From an uncultured Acidimicrobiia bacterium (GTDB taxonomy: Bacteria; Actinomycetota; Acidimicrobiia; IMCC26256; JAENVU01): DNA of 64,000 bases. The stretch covers positions 18,374-82,373 of the forward strand of contig CAWFYD010000005.1 in the NCBI GenBank assembly GCA_963819945.1, given 5' to 3'. Positions 9,972-20,507 of the stretch are shown here, in pieces. Both the position numbers and the translations under genes were made by a program. Position 1 is the stretch's first letter, and each line of letters opens with the position of its first letter. The notes beneath the pieces were generated by a model that searched no databases, was not told the DNA's origin, and saw only the letters and a program-made list of their open reading frames with translations.

Positions 9972-10918
9972 TCAGAGGACGCGGTCGGGGATGCCGAAGG
10001 ACGCGCGCACGTCGGCCAGCGGCTCGTGGGCCCGGGCGAGATGGTCGATCGTCGTGAAGTCCCCCGTGCACTGCGTGCCCCGCCAGAACGCGTGCGCGAC
10101 GGCCTCGGGCGCGCCGGGACGGGTGAGGCAACCTTCCTTCGGCACCAGCGACCCGCCGCCGTCGAGGTACCCGGCCTCGTGCACACCCAGGTTGCCGAGG
10201 AACTGGAACCAGTGGGCGTCGGTGTCGTTCATCCCCAGCTGCATCGCGCCGAGCGCGATCTCGTCGATCGCCACCGGCTCGTAGCCACCGATGACGTGCG
10301 ACATGTCGTGGGAGACGAAGACCGCGGGCATGTTGGTGCCGTCCCCGGCAGATCGAATCCGTAGCGCTCGTAGAACTCGACGTACGCGCGGCCGAGGGTT
10401 CCGGGCCCGGCGTCGGCCAGCGCCCGCAGCCGCGCCGCCAGCGCGGATCCGGCGCGTCGATGCTGTAGCCGGGGTACGCGGCGGCGAGCTGTGGCTCGAG
10501 CAGCGGCTTCGCGAGATCGCCACCGAGGAAGCGCATGTAGTCCGCCGCGGCCTGCGCCTTCCTCTGGTCCACGAGGTCACGGACGATCTGCAGACCCGGG
10601 CCCGCCTCCCCCATCGCGGCGCAGTACTCCTCGACCCGCGCCGGCCTGGCTGGCCGTCGCCGGGTGGCGGCACAGCTCCACGAAGACGAGGAGCTCCCGC
10701 ACCCGCCGGCGCTCGGCGGCCGGGCCGAACGCGTCCGCCGTCGCCGCCGGCGAGAGCGGCTCGGCGGCACCCGGATCGAAATCGATCTCGTAGTAGCCCC
10801 GGGCCAGCGCGGCGATGACGGCCAGCTGCTCGGCGGTCGGTCCGCCGTCGACGTCGGCCGCGCCGACCATCGCCCGCAGCGCCGGCTCGGCGTGCTCGGC
10901 ATCGATGATCCTCGGCAT
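9972..10918 (-). pseudogene. Hypothetical protein with Coq4-like HDxxH-x11-E motif, several frame switches
   Basis: MPRIIDAEHAEPALRAMVGA...LLVFVELCRHPA (tail of ORF 10577..12118), VEEYCAAMGEAGPGLQIVRDLVDQRKAQAAADYMRF (ORF 9925..10947), FVSHDMSHVIGGYEPVAIDEIALGAMQLG... (ORF 9972..10673). Family call is tentative. Confidence 0.45.
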
Positions 10919-10990
10919 GGCTCGTCCGTTCCTTCGCTTCTCGGCACCCGTGTCCAGCCGGGGTGACGGCGACGCGTACCCTAACTTGGC

Positions 10991-12532
10991 GTGCGCATCG
11001 CGGCGGTCGACCTCGGATCGAACTCGTTCCACCTCGTGGTGGCCGAGGTCCGGCCCGACGGCACGTTCGAGCCGCTCATCCGCGAGAAGGAGATGCTGCG
11101 GCTCGGCGACGTGGTGAGCCGCGAGGGCGTCGTCACTCCCGAGGCGACCGAGGCCGCGGTGCAGACCGTGCGCCGGTTCCGCTTGCTCGCCGAGGCCGCC
11201 GGCGCGACCGAGATCCTCGCCTGCGCCACCAGCGCGCTGCGCAGCGCGAGCAACGGCGACGCGGTCCTCGACCTGATCGAGACCGAAGCCGGCGTCAGCG
11301 CGGACGTCATCGACGGGCTCGAGGAAGCCCGACTCATCTTCACCGCCATCCGCACCGCCGTCCTCATCGATCCCGGACCGGCGCTCTGCTTCGACCTCGG
11401 CGGCGGGAGCGTCGAGATCATGGTCGGTGACACGACGGGGCTGCACTGGGCGGCCAGCGAGCGACTCGGCGTTGCTCGTCTGAGCGCGGAGTACGTGCGA
11501 TCGGATCCCATCTCGAAGGGTGACCGTCGCCGGCTCCGTGAGCACCTCGTCGAGATCCTGGGCCCGCTGGCGGTGGACGTCATGCGCTTCGAACCCAAGC
11601 TGGCCATCGGCAGCAGCGGAACGCTGGAGGACATCGCGAACATGGTCGCGGCCCGCCGTGACGAGTCGGTCCCCCGCTCGCTGAACCAGCTCAGCTTCTC
11701 GCGCGAGGAGTTCGAGCCGCTGCATCACGAGCTGGTCCGGTCCACGTCGGCGCAGCGCAAGAGCATCAAGGGGCTCGACGCCAAGCGCAACGACCTCATC
11801 GTCGCCGGCGCCGAGTTCCTCGCGACCGCGATGGAGCTGTTCGAGGTGGACGAGCTCACGATCAGCGAATGGGCGCTGCGCGAAGGCATGGTGCTCGACG
11901 CGATCGGCCGCCACGACCCGGTCGACTGGTCCGACGATCCCCGCGCGATCCGTCGCGCGTCCGTGCAGGCGCTCGCCCGCCGCTTCTCCTGGCCCGAAGC
12001 GCATTCGCGTCAGGTCGCGCAGCTCAGCCTCGAGCTGTTCGACCAGACCCGCGAGCTGCACGGGCTCGAGCGACACCGACCGCGAGCTGCTCGAGTACGC
12101 CGCACTCCTGCACGACATCGGCGAGCACGTCTCCCACGACGGCCACGACCGCCACGCGGCCTACCTCGTCGCGCACGGCCAGCTGCGCGGCTTCGATCCC
12201 GAAGAGATCCTCGTGCTGACCGCGCTCGTCCGCTGGCACCGGCGCGGCGAGCCGAAGGCGAACGACGACCTCGTCGGCGAGATCGACCTGGAGACACGTG
12301 CGAGCGCGTCCGGCGCCTGGCGGCGCTGATCCGCATCGCCGACGGGCTGGACCGCAGCCGCAAGCAGGTCGTCGGCGGCATCACGGCCCGGGTCAGCCCC
12401 TCGCTCGTGCTCCTCCGCCTGCAGACCGACGGTGATCCCGAGCTCGAGCTCTGGGGCGCGCGGCGCAAGCGGGAGCTCTTCGAGAAGGTGTTCGACCGCG
12501 AGCTCGAGCTGACCGCGCACCCGAGCGCGTGA
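10991..12532 (+). CDS. ppx: Ppx/GppA family exopolyphosphatase/guanosine pentaphosphate phosphohydrolase with an internal out-of-frame segment
   Basis: ORF open throughout. N-terminus MRIAAVDLGSNSFHLVV. Between ~12067 and ~12295 the conserved HD-domain sequence DTDRELLEYAALLHDIGEHVSHDGHDRHAAYLV... is readable only in another frame, giving a compensated pair of frame switches. Confidence 0.8.
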   Translation: MRIAAVDLGSNSFHLVVAEVRPDGTFEPLIREKEMLRLGDVVSREGVVTPEATEAAVQTVRRFRLLAEAAGATEILACATSALRSASNGDAVLDLIETEAGVSADVIDGLEEARLIFTAIRTAVLIDPGPALCFDLGGGSVEIMVGDTTGLHWAASERLGVARLSAEYVRSDPISKGDRRRLREHLVEILGPLAVDVMRFEPKLAIGSSGTLEDIANMVAARRDESVPRSLNQLSFSREEFEPLHHELVRSTSAQRKSIKGLDAKRNDLIVAGAEFLATAMELFEVDELTISEWALREGMVLDAIGRHDPVDWSDDPRAIRRASVQALARRFSWPEAHSRQVAQLSLELFDQTRELHGLERHRPRAARVRRTPARHRRARLPRRPRPPRGLPRRARPAARLRSRRDPRADRARPLAPARRAEGERRPRRRDRPGDTCERVRRLAALIRIADGLDRSRKQVVGGITARVSPSLVLLRLQTDGDPELELWGARRKRELFEKVFDRELELTAHPSA

Positions 12533-12546
12533 CCCGAGGCGCTCCG

Positions 12547-13167
12547 CTAGCCGGCCACCGTCCGGAACACGATCCGCGCCGTCGTCTCCACCACTTCGGC
12601 GCGCGTCGCGCCATACGGCTCGAGATCGACATGGAACGCGGCCATGCGCTCCATCATCGCGACGAGCGCCGCGGCCGCCGCGTACGGAGCGATGCCCTCG
12701 GCGCCGTTCTCGGCGACCTTCCGTGACAAGCCTTGCGTGATCGGCTGCAGCGACGCGTTGCGCACGTCACGAAACCGCTGATCACCTTCCTGGGCTGCGA
12801 GGTTGCGCGTGCGCAAGATCGCCCGGTGGTCGTCCCAGTAGCGGAGGAAGCCGTCGACGAGCCGGCGCGCCGACTCGAGCCCGGCTTCGCCCTGCCACGG
12901 CGAGTCCAGCAGCTCGACCAGCGGCGACGTCTGCTCCCCGACCGTCTCCGCGAGCGCGAGCACCGCTTCTTCGACGTCGCGGAAGTACTGGTAGAAGGTC
13001 GCGGGCGACGTCCCGACCGCACGCGCGATGTCGACGACGCGCAGGTCGCGCAACCCGTTGCTCTCGAGCTGCTCACCGGTGGCATCGAGCAACCGGCGTC
13101 GCGTCGCCGCGCCCCGCTTGCCCAGTGCCCGCCCGTCGAGCGCGACCGTGTTCTCCGCCGCCGTCAC
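12547..13167 (-). CDS. TetR/AcrR family transcriptional regulator
   Basis: Uninterrupted 206-aa ORF (GTG start). N-terminal HTH LRVVDIARAVGTSPATFYQYF. Confidence 0.85.
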   Translation of the reverse strand: MTAAENTVALDGRALGKRGAATRRRLLDATGEQLESNGLRDLRVVDIARAVGTSPATFYQYFRDVEEAVLALAETVGEQTSPLVELLDSPWQGEAGLESARRLVDGFLRYWDDHRAILRTRNLAAQEGDQRFRDVRNASLQPITQGLSRKVAENGAEGIAPYAAAAALVAMMERMAAFHVDLEPYGATRAEVVETTARIVFRTVAG

Positions 13168-13181
13168 GGCTGGTCAGGGTA

Positions 13182-13199
13182 TCTGACACCGGCGTCAGA
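13182..13199. promoter_or_regulatory. Operator-like palindrome TCTGAC-ACCGGC-GTCAGA (class B) in the TetR divergent promoter
   Basis: Perfect 6-bp inverted arms, centred in the 60-nt gap between the TetR start (13167, minus) and the 13228 operon (plus). Confidence 0.45.
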
Positions 13200-13227
13200 C
13201 TCCCGCGCCATGCGAGGATGCACGGCC

Positions 13228-14096
13228 ATGGAGACCGTCGGAGACCTCCTGCGCGACGCGTCACGCGATCTGGCCGCGGCATTCGACTCGGTGCCGATTC
13301 CGGGGGCGCTGCGCTACGCACTCGGGCTCGCGGTGCCGCCGCGCCAGGGGTCGCCGCTCGGGCGGCTCGACCAACCCCGCGGGCCGGGTCGCGATGCTCG
13401 CGGGTCCCGGGGTCCTGCGGGACCGAGCGGTCGAGGGCCTGCGCGCGTTCGCCGCCGCCGCGAACATCGGGCGTCGCGAACACCTGGGGCGCGAAGGGGG
13501 TGTTCGCGTGGGACAGCCCTCACCACATGGGCACCTGCGGGCTGCAGGCACGCGACTTCGAGCTGCTGGGCTTGGCCGATGTGGACCTGCTGTGGGTCAC
13601 CGGCATCGATCCGGACGAGTCACCGCGCGAGCGCTACGAGCTGGGTGCGCGCGTCGTGCCGATCGCTCCGGCCGATCTCGAACCCTTCGCCGCGCAGGTG
13701 GCCCGATCCTCGTACCCGATCACGCGGCCGCCGCTGTTCGACCGTCTCGCTTCGGTCGCCCAACCGGGGTACGTCGACGACCGGTACCCGCGCCACCCCG
13801 CCCGTGCCGTCATCGAGATCAAGCAGCGGATGGAACCCGGGGCGCTCGTGACCGCCGAACCGGGACCGGCCGGGCTGTGGGTCGCGCGCACCTTCCCCAC
13901 CGACGGTCCCGGATCGGTGGTGGTCCCGGCGATCGCACAACCCGGCATCGCCATGGCGCTCGCGCTCGCCGCCGGCCGAGCCGGCCGGTCCGCGACCGCC
14001 GTGACGGTCGCGCCCGTCGACGCCACCACCGAGGCCCTCGTCGAGCTGGCGACCACCCTCGGTGCGCCGGTCACGCTCGAGGTCTGGGCGCGATGA
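13228..14096 (+). pseudogene. Acetolactate-synthase-like TPP-enzyme domain protein (tentative), two frame switches
   Basis: METVGDLLRD... (ATG 13228), MLAGPGVLRDRAVEGLRAFAAAANIG (ORF 13394..), NTWGAKGVFAWDSPHHMGTCGLQARDFELLGLADVDLLWVTG... (ORF 13125..14096). Confidence 0.4.
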
Positions 14097-14159
14097 CGTC
14101 GATCTCGCGCTCACCGCTCTGCTCGTCGACGCGGCCGGTCCCGTCGTAGCGTGGGGATC

Positions 14160-14996
14160 GTGACCACCGAAGCCGCGCGTCGTCGCCGTCACCGGCGCCT
14201 CGTCGGGAATCGGCCGGGCGATCGCCGTCGCGTTCGGCGAGCTCGGTTGGCGGGTGGCGGTCGGTGCCCGCCGGCGCCGACGAGCTACAGGAGACGGCGA
14301 AGATCGTCCTCGAGGCCGGCGGCGAGGCGTTCCCGATGTCGGTCGACGTCACCGACGCCCACTCGATCGACGCGTGGATCACCGCCGCCGAGGACGGCCT
14401 CGGGCCGATCGACGCGCTCGTGAACAACGCCGGCATCGCCATCCCCGGGCCGTTCTGGGAGCTCGCCCCGGAGCAGCTCGAGCGGGAGGTCCGGACCAAC
14501 CTGCTCGGGCCCGATGCTGTGCGCCCGCCGCGTGCTCCGCTCGATGATCGGCCGCGGCTCCGGCGACATCGTGTTCGTCTCCTCGGACACCGCCCGCGCG
14601 CCGCGGCCACGCCTGCTCGGCTACAGCGCGACCAAGGCCGGCGTCGAGGTGGTGGCGCGCACCCTGGGCATGGAGCTCGAAGGGACGGGAGTCCGTTCGA
14701 CCACCGTCCGCGTGGGCCCGACCCTCACCGACTTCGCGTCGGGCTGGACACCCGAGCAGGTCGCGGAGCTGATGACCTACTGGCCGCGGTTCGGGATCCA
14801 GCGCCACTTCCACACCCTCCAGCCCGCCGACATCGCCCGGGCGGTGGTCTACGCGGTGACGTCGCCTCCGGACGTCCACATCGACGTCGTCGAGGTGCAG
14901 CCCGCCGCCCCGATCGAGCCCGTAGCCGCCCGGCAACCGGTTGCGCGTCCCGGGGATACGCTTCACCCATGCAGATGGATGACCTCATCATCGTGA
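14160..14996 (+). pseudogene. SDR family oxidoreductase, about three frame switches
   Basis: PRVVAVTGASSGIGRAIA (own translation), ADELQETAKIV...LVNNAGIAIPGPF (ORF 14264..), IVFVSSDTARAPRPRLLGYSATKAGVE... (ORF 14514..14996). Start and end approximate. Confidence 0.65.
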
Positions 14997-16252
14997 GCGT
15001 CGACGACCACGTCGTCGAGCCGCCGGACATGTTCGAGCGCCACCTCCCCGCGAAGTATGCGGACGTCGCACCGAAGCTGATCCACAAGGACAACGGCACC
15101 GACGTCTGGTCCTTCCAGGGCTTCGAGGTGCCGAACATCGGACTCAACGCAGTGGCCGGCCGGCCCAAGGAGGAGTACGGGATCGACCCGACCTCCTTCG
15201 AGGAGATCCGCGACGGCTGCTTCGACGTCGAGAAGCGCGTCCTCGACATGAACGCGAACGGCGTGCTGGGCTCGCTCAACTTCCCGAGCCTGCCCGGTTT
15301 CGCCGGCCGCCTGTTCGGAGCGCTCGACGACAAGGACACGTCGATCGTGCTCGCGCAGGCCTACAACGACTGGCACATCGACGAGTGGTGTGGCTACGCG
15401 CCCGACCGCTTCATCCCGCTCGCGATCCCGATGATCTGGGATCCGGAAGCGTGTGCGGCCGAGGTCCGGCGGGTCGCGGCGAAGGGCTGCCACGCGATCA
15501 CGTTCCCCGAGAACCCGGAGCCGCTCGGTCTCCCGAGCCTGCACTCCGATCACTGGGACCCGGTCTGGCAGGCGTGCTCCGACGTCGGGACGATCGTGTG
15601 CATGCACATCGGGTCGTCCGGCAAGCTCGTGATGACCGCGGCCGACGCGCCGATCGACGTGATGATCGTGCTGCAGCCGATGAACATCGTGCAGTGCGCG
15701 GCCGACCTCATCCACTCACCGGTGTTCAAGAAGTTCCCCGATCTCACCGTCGCGCTCTCCGAGGGTGGCATCGGGTGGATCCCGTACTTCCTCGAGCGCC
15801 TCGACCATTCGTACAGCGTGCACAAGGCGTGGACCGGCGCCGACTTCGGCTCGAAGATGCCGAGTGAGGTGTTCCTCGAGCACGTCGTGCTCTGCTACAT
15901 CTCCGATGCAGCCGGCGTGAAGCTCGCGCGTGACATCGGCGTGGACCGCATCACCGTCGAGGTCGACTACCCGCACTCGGACACGAACTGGCCGTACGCG
16001 CCGGAGCGGATGATGGAGGAGTTCGACGCGACGGACCTCACCGACGCCGAGATCAACGCGATCACGTACGAGAACGCGATGGGCTTCTTCCAGTACGACC
16101 CGTTCGCGATCCGGCCCCGGGAGCGCTGCACGGTGGGCGCGCTGCGGTCCGAGGCGATCGGTTGGGACGTCGAACCGCACCCGGCCGTGGGTCGCGCACC
16201 GAAGGAGAAGACGGGTCCGGTGACGGTCTCGGATCTCACCGTCACTGCCTGA
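14969..16252 (+). CDS. Amidohydrolase_2 (ACMSD-like) family protein
   Basis: ATG 14969 inside ORF 14264..16252: MQMDDLIIVSVDDHVVEP...YNDWHIDEWCG...SEGGIGWIPYFLERL...VDYPHSDTNWP. Uninterrupted, about 427 aa. Confidence 0.8.
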   Translation: MQMDDLIIVSVDDHVVEPPDMFERHLPAKYADVAPKLIHKDNGTDVWSFQGFEVPNIGLNAVAGRPKEEYGIDPTSFEEIRDGCFDVEKRVLDMNANGVLGSLNFPSLPGFAGRLFGALDDKDTSIVLAQAYNDWHIDEWCGYAPDRFIPLAIPMIWDPEACAAEVRRVAAKGCHAITFPENPEPLGLPSLHSDHWDPVWQACSDVGTIVCMHIGSSGKLVMTAADAPIDVMIVLQPMNIVQCAADLIHSPVFKKFPDLTVALSEGGIGWIPYFLERLDHSYSVHKAWTGADFGSKMPSEVFLEHVVLCYISDAAGVKLARDIGVDRITVEVDYPHSDTNWPYAPERMMEEFDATDLTDAEINAITYENAMGFFQYDPFAIRPRERCTVGALRSEAIGWDVEPHPAVGRAPKEKTGPVTVSDLTVTA

Positions 16253-16269
16253 TCGCGTCACCTCCCCCA

Positions 16270-17436
16270 GTGGTCCGGTTCGATCCGTACAGCTACGAGC
16301 ACCACGAGGACCCGTACCCGACGTATCGACGGCTCCGGGACGAGGCGCCGGCGTACCTCGACCCGGAACACGGGTTCTGGGCGCTGTCGCGCCATGACGA
16401 CGTGCGCGCCGCGATCGACGACTGGCCGACGTTCTCGTCGACCGGTGGCATCACGCTCGAGCGGCGAACCGAGGACGTCGAGCCGATGCTCATCGAGATG
16501 GACCCACCGCGGCACACCGAGCTGCGGTCGCTCGTGAGCCGCGCGTTCACCCCGCGGCGCGTCGCGACCTCGAACCGTCCATCCGCGACCTGGCCAACGA
16601 GCTCGTCGACGGATTCGGCGGGCGGTCACGCGTCGACGTGATCGAGGACTTCGCGGCCAAGCTCCCGATGGCGGTGATCTCCGTGATGCTCGGCGTACCC
16701 CGCGAGGACCAGGACGAGCTCCGCGAGTGGTCCGACGCGATGCTCCATCGCGAAGAAGGCAGCGCGGAGCTGACACCGGCCGGGATCCGCGGCGCGACCC
16801 GGCTCTACGGCTACTTCAACGACGTGATCGCCGACCGGCGCCTCCACGCCGACCGACGACCTCGTCGGCGCGCTCGTCGCGGCCGAAGAGGGCGACCGCT
16901 CGCTCACGCCCGGCGAGGTGCTCGGCTTCTGCTTCCTCCTGCTGATCGCGGGCAACGAGACCACGACCAAGCTGCTCGGCAACGCGATCTACTGGCTCGA
17001 CGCGATTCCCCGACCAGCGGGCCAAGCTGCTCGCCGACCCGACGCTCATCCCGGCCGCGGTCGAGGAGACGTTGCGATACGACACCTCGACCCAGGCGCT
17101 GGCCCGACTGCTCACCCGCGACGTCGAGCTGCACGGCACGACCCTCCCCGCGGGCAGCAAGGGCTGCTCCTGTTCGGGTCGGCGAACCGAGACGAGCGGC
17201 GGTGGGACGAGCCCGACCGGTTCGACATCGGCCGCAACCCGGCGGGCCACCTGGCGTTCGGCCACGGCATCCACCACTGCCTCGGCGCGGCGCTCGCCCG
17301 GCTCGAGACGCGGGTCGCGCTCGAGGTGCTGCTGCCGGAGCTCGGCGAGTACACGGTCGACGCCGGCGACGCGGTTCGGGTCCATTCCGGGAATGTCCGC
17401 GGGTTCGCCCGACTTTCGATCGAAACTGGGGCATGA
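16270..17436 (+). pseudogene. Cytochrome P450, at least four frame switches
   Basis: FGHGIHHCLGAALA heme-thiolate motif and AGNETT I-helix motif (ORF 16918..17436). Other pieces lie in ORFs 16162.., 16638.. and 17072... GTG 16270 start is tentative. Confidence 0.75.
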
Positions 17437-18216
17437 CCAAGAAGCACCACGTCCGGATCGGCAAGGACCCGGAGCGGCTCAACCGTGGCTTCTGGGACGA
17501 CGACGCCGACGACTACCAGGCCGAGCACGAGTCCCAGCTCGACGTCGAGACGATGGGTTGGGGCGTATGGGACCTCCCCGAAGCGGAGCTCAACGTGCTC
17601 GGCGACGTCAACGGACCTCGACGTGCTCGAGTACGGCTGCGGCGCCGCGCAGTGGGCGATCAAGCTCGCCCGCACCGGCGCGGTCGTCACGGGGCTCGAC
17701 CAGTCACGCGGACAGCTCCGCCACGCGGCCACGAAGATCGCGGCGGCGAACGTCGCCGTGGAGCTCACGTGTGCGACCGCGACCGCAGTGCCGTTCGGAG
17801 ACGAGTCGTTCGACGTCGTGTTCTGCGACCACGGCGCGATGAGCTTCTGCGACCCGTACCGCACCGTGCCCGAGGTGGCTCGGGTGCTCCGCCCGGGCGG
17901 CTTGTTCGCGTTCAACATCTCGACGCTGCTGCGCAACCTCTGTTACCCGCCGGGTGATCCCGATGCGCCGGTCAGCCGCCGGCTGCACGCGAAGTGGTTC
18001 GGTGCTCGGGCGTTCGACTGGGGCGACGGGACGATCGACTTCCAGATCCCGCACGGCGAGTGGATCACGCTGTTCCGCGAGCACGATCTCGTCGTCGAGG
18101 ATCTGCTCGAGCTGCGCCCGCCGAAGCACGCCACGAGCACCTACGGCGACTACGTCGACCACAGCTGGGCCCGCCGCTGGCCGGCCGAGGAGATCTGGAG
18201 GGTACGGAAGCGGTGA
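17433..18216 (+). pseudogene. Class I SAM-dependent methyltransferase, one frame switch near 17610
   Basis: ATG 17433 overlaps the P450 TGA (ATGA). MTKKHHVRIGKDPERLNRGFWDDDADDYQ (frame of ORF 16638..) joins LDVLEYGCGAAQW...VLRPGGLFAF (ORF 17485..18216). Confidence 0.7.
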
Positions 18217-18744
18217 TCAGGCCCGCCGAGACCGCGCTGCTGGTGCCCGTGCCCGAGGCCGAGCCCCTCGTCCAGTCGCACCGCGTCGCGCACGATCCGG
18301 TCGCGCCGCTCGGTGTCCCGGCCCACATCACCATCCTGTACCCGTTCATCCCACCCGACGCGCTCGACGACTCCGTCGAAGGCAAGGTGGCGGAAGTGCT
18401 CCAAGGGTTCGCCGCCTTCGACTTCGAGCTTCGCGACGTCCGCGGCTTCGACGACGGCGTGCTCTACCTCGCGCCGGAGCCGGCGGAGCCCTTCGCCGCG
18501 CTCACGAACGCCTTCGCGGTGCGCTGGCCCGAGCATCCGCCCTACGACGGCAGCTTCACGGAGATCGTTCCCCACCTGACCGTCGCGATGGCCGCCGGCG
18601 CGCCGATCGAACAGATTGCCGACGAGCTGCGCGGCGGGCTGCCGGTGAGAAGCCGGGCCGAGACCGTGTGGCTGATGGAGGGCCGCAAGAGCGGCGGCTG
18701 GGACGCTGCGGGCCGCGTTCCCGCTCAGCGACGGTCGAACGTGA
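18213..18744 (+). CDS. 2H phosphoesterase / 2'-5' RNA ligase superfamily protein (3' end uncertain)
   Basis: GTG 18213 overlaps the upstream TGA (GTGA). Two HxT motifs (AHITILYPF, PHLTVAM) in the frame of ORF 17994..18857. After ...WDAAGR the frame becomes antisense-like R/S-rich sequence, so the end is set at the alternative-frame TGA 18742-18744. Confidence 0.6.
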
Positions 18745-20349
18745 ACCCGGCCGCCTCGCGGTCCCAGGTTGCGTCCGTCACGCCGTCGTCGCGCAGCTCG
18801 TACTTCAGGACCCGACCGACCGGGTTGCGGGGCAGGTCGTCACGGAACTCGATGTAGCGCGGGACCGCGAAGTACGGCACCTGGTCCACCGACCACCGGC
18901 AGAGCTCTTCTTCGGTCACCGTCGCGCCCTCCTGCAGCACCGCGGTCACCTTCACGTCGTCCTCACCCTGCTCGCTCGGCACCGCGTGGACCGCCACGTC
19001 CTTGATGTCCGGGTGCGCGACGAAGGTGCGTTCCATCTCGAAGCTGGAGATGTTCTCGCCCCGCCGGCGCAGGTAGTCCTTCTTCCGGTCGACGAAGAAC
19101 AGGAACCCGTCCTCGTCGAGCCGGGCCAGGTCACCGGTGTGGAACCAGAGGTTGCGCCACACCTCGACCGTCGCTTCCGGGCCGACGCCAGTAGCCGGCG
19201 AACATCAGGTTCGGTCCTTGCGGGCCGGCACACGATCTCGCCGATCTCGCCCACCGGGACCGGACGGTCTTCGTCGTCGACGAGCCGGACCTCGAACTCG
19301 ACATCGTTGAGGCGACCCGCGGCGCCGACCTTGTTCGGCTCCCCTGCCGGCAGCAGGGAGATCAGTGAGGCTTCCGTGAGCCCGAACCCGGCGCTGAACG
19401 TCGCGCAGCCGAACCGCTCGCGCCAGATCCGGTCCGTGTCGGGGGGGATCGGCGCGGCGGCGCACAAGCGGAGCCGGTGCTCGCCCGTCTCGGGTCCGTC
19501 GGTCGCGTTCGCAACGAGGATCGCGAGCGACCCGAGCATCGACAGCATCGTCGCGTTCGTGCGCTGCACCTCGGACCAGAACCGGCTCACCGAGAACTTG
19601 CGGACGATCGCCGCGCTGCCGCCGGTGAGCAGCGTGCCGACGACGCAGACCGAGATCGCGTTGAAGTGGAACAGCGGCAACGGCGTGAGCACGATGTCGT
19701 CCGGACGACGCTGCCACGCCCGGGCGATCTGGTCCGCGAGCGCGACCACGTAGTGCTGCGGGAGCATGCAGCCCTTCGACGGCCCGGTCGTGCCCGCGGT
19801 GTAGATGAAGCAGGCCAGGTCCGACGGGCGCGCCGCGACGGGTGCGGGCGCAGTGTCGGGTCCGGCGGCGAGCAGCGACTCCCAGTCCTCCACCGGCAAC
19901 CCGATGTCGACCCCGTCGGTCGGCCCGACCACGACGACCGCCCGGAGCTCCGGCAGGGTCTCGCGCGCCACCGGGATCGCTCCCGACCTCGGCGACCCGG
20001 GCGGCCAGGCTGGCCTGGGTGACGACCACCCGAGCCCCGGAGTCGGCGAGGACGTGGCGCAGGAACTCGCCCTTGTACGCCGTGTTGATCGGCACCTGGA
20101 TCGCCCCGAGCTTGAGCGCGGCGAAGAAGCTGACCACCTGCTCCGGCGAGTTCTCGAGCAGCGTCGCCACCCGGTCGCCCGGACCGACGCCGAGCCCGGC
20201 GAGGCGCGTGCGCGGCCCGGTTGGCGGCCCGGTCCATCTCCCGCGGCGGTGAGCGCGACGCCGTCGAAGTCGAGGTACGGGCCGTCCGGGTCCGAGGCCA
20301 GGCGCCCCGCGAGCGCGTCGAGGACGGTCGTCTGCGAATCCTGGGCCAT
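18725..20349 (-). pseudogene. AMP-dependent acyl-CoA synthetase/ligase, about five frame switches
   Basis: MAQDSQTTVLDAL..., LENSPEQVVSFFAALKLGAIQVPINTAYKG, FIYTAGTTGPSKG, WFHTGDLARLDEDGFLFFVDRKKD, spread over ORFs 18952..20349, 19205..20368 and 18725..19162. Confidence 0.75.
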
Positions 20350-20507
20350 GACCTGACAATACCGTCATGTTTCCGGCTGCGATCCGTGCCCGGCCGCGAC
20401 CGGCTCACTCTGGTGCGAGCGGCGCAAACCGAGCATCATGGCCTCGGCCACGCGTTGTCCGAGCGTCACCACGACCGGTGGCGTTGGGGGTCGGGCGGAG
20501 GAGGGGC

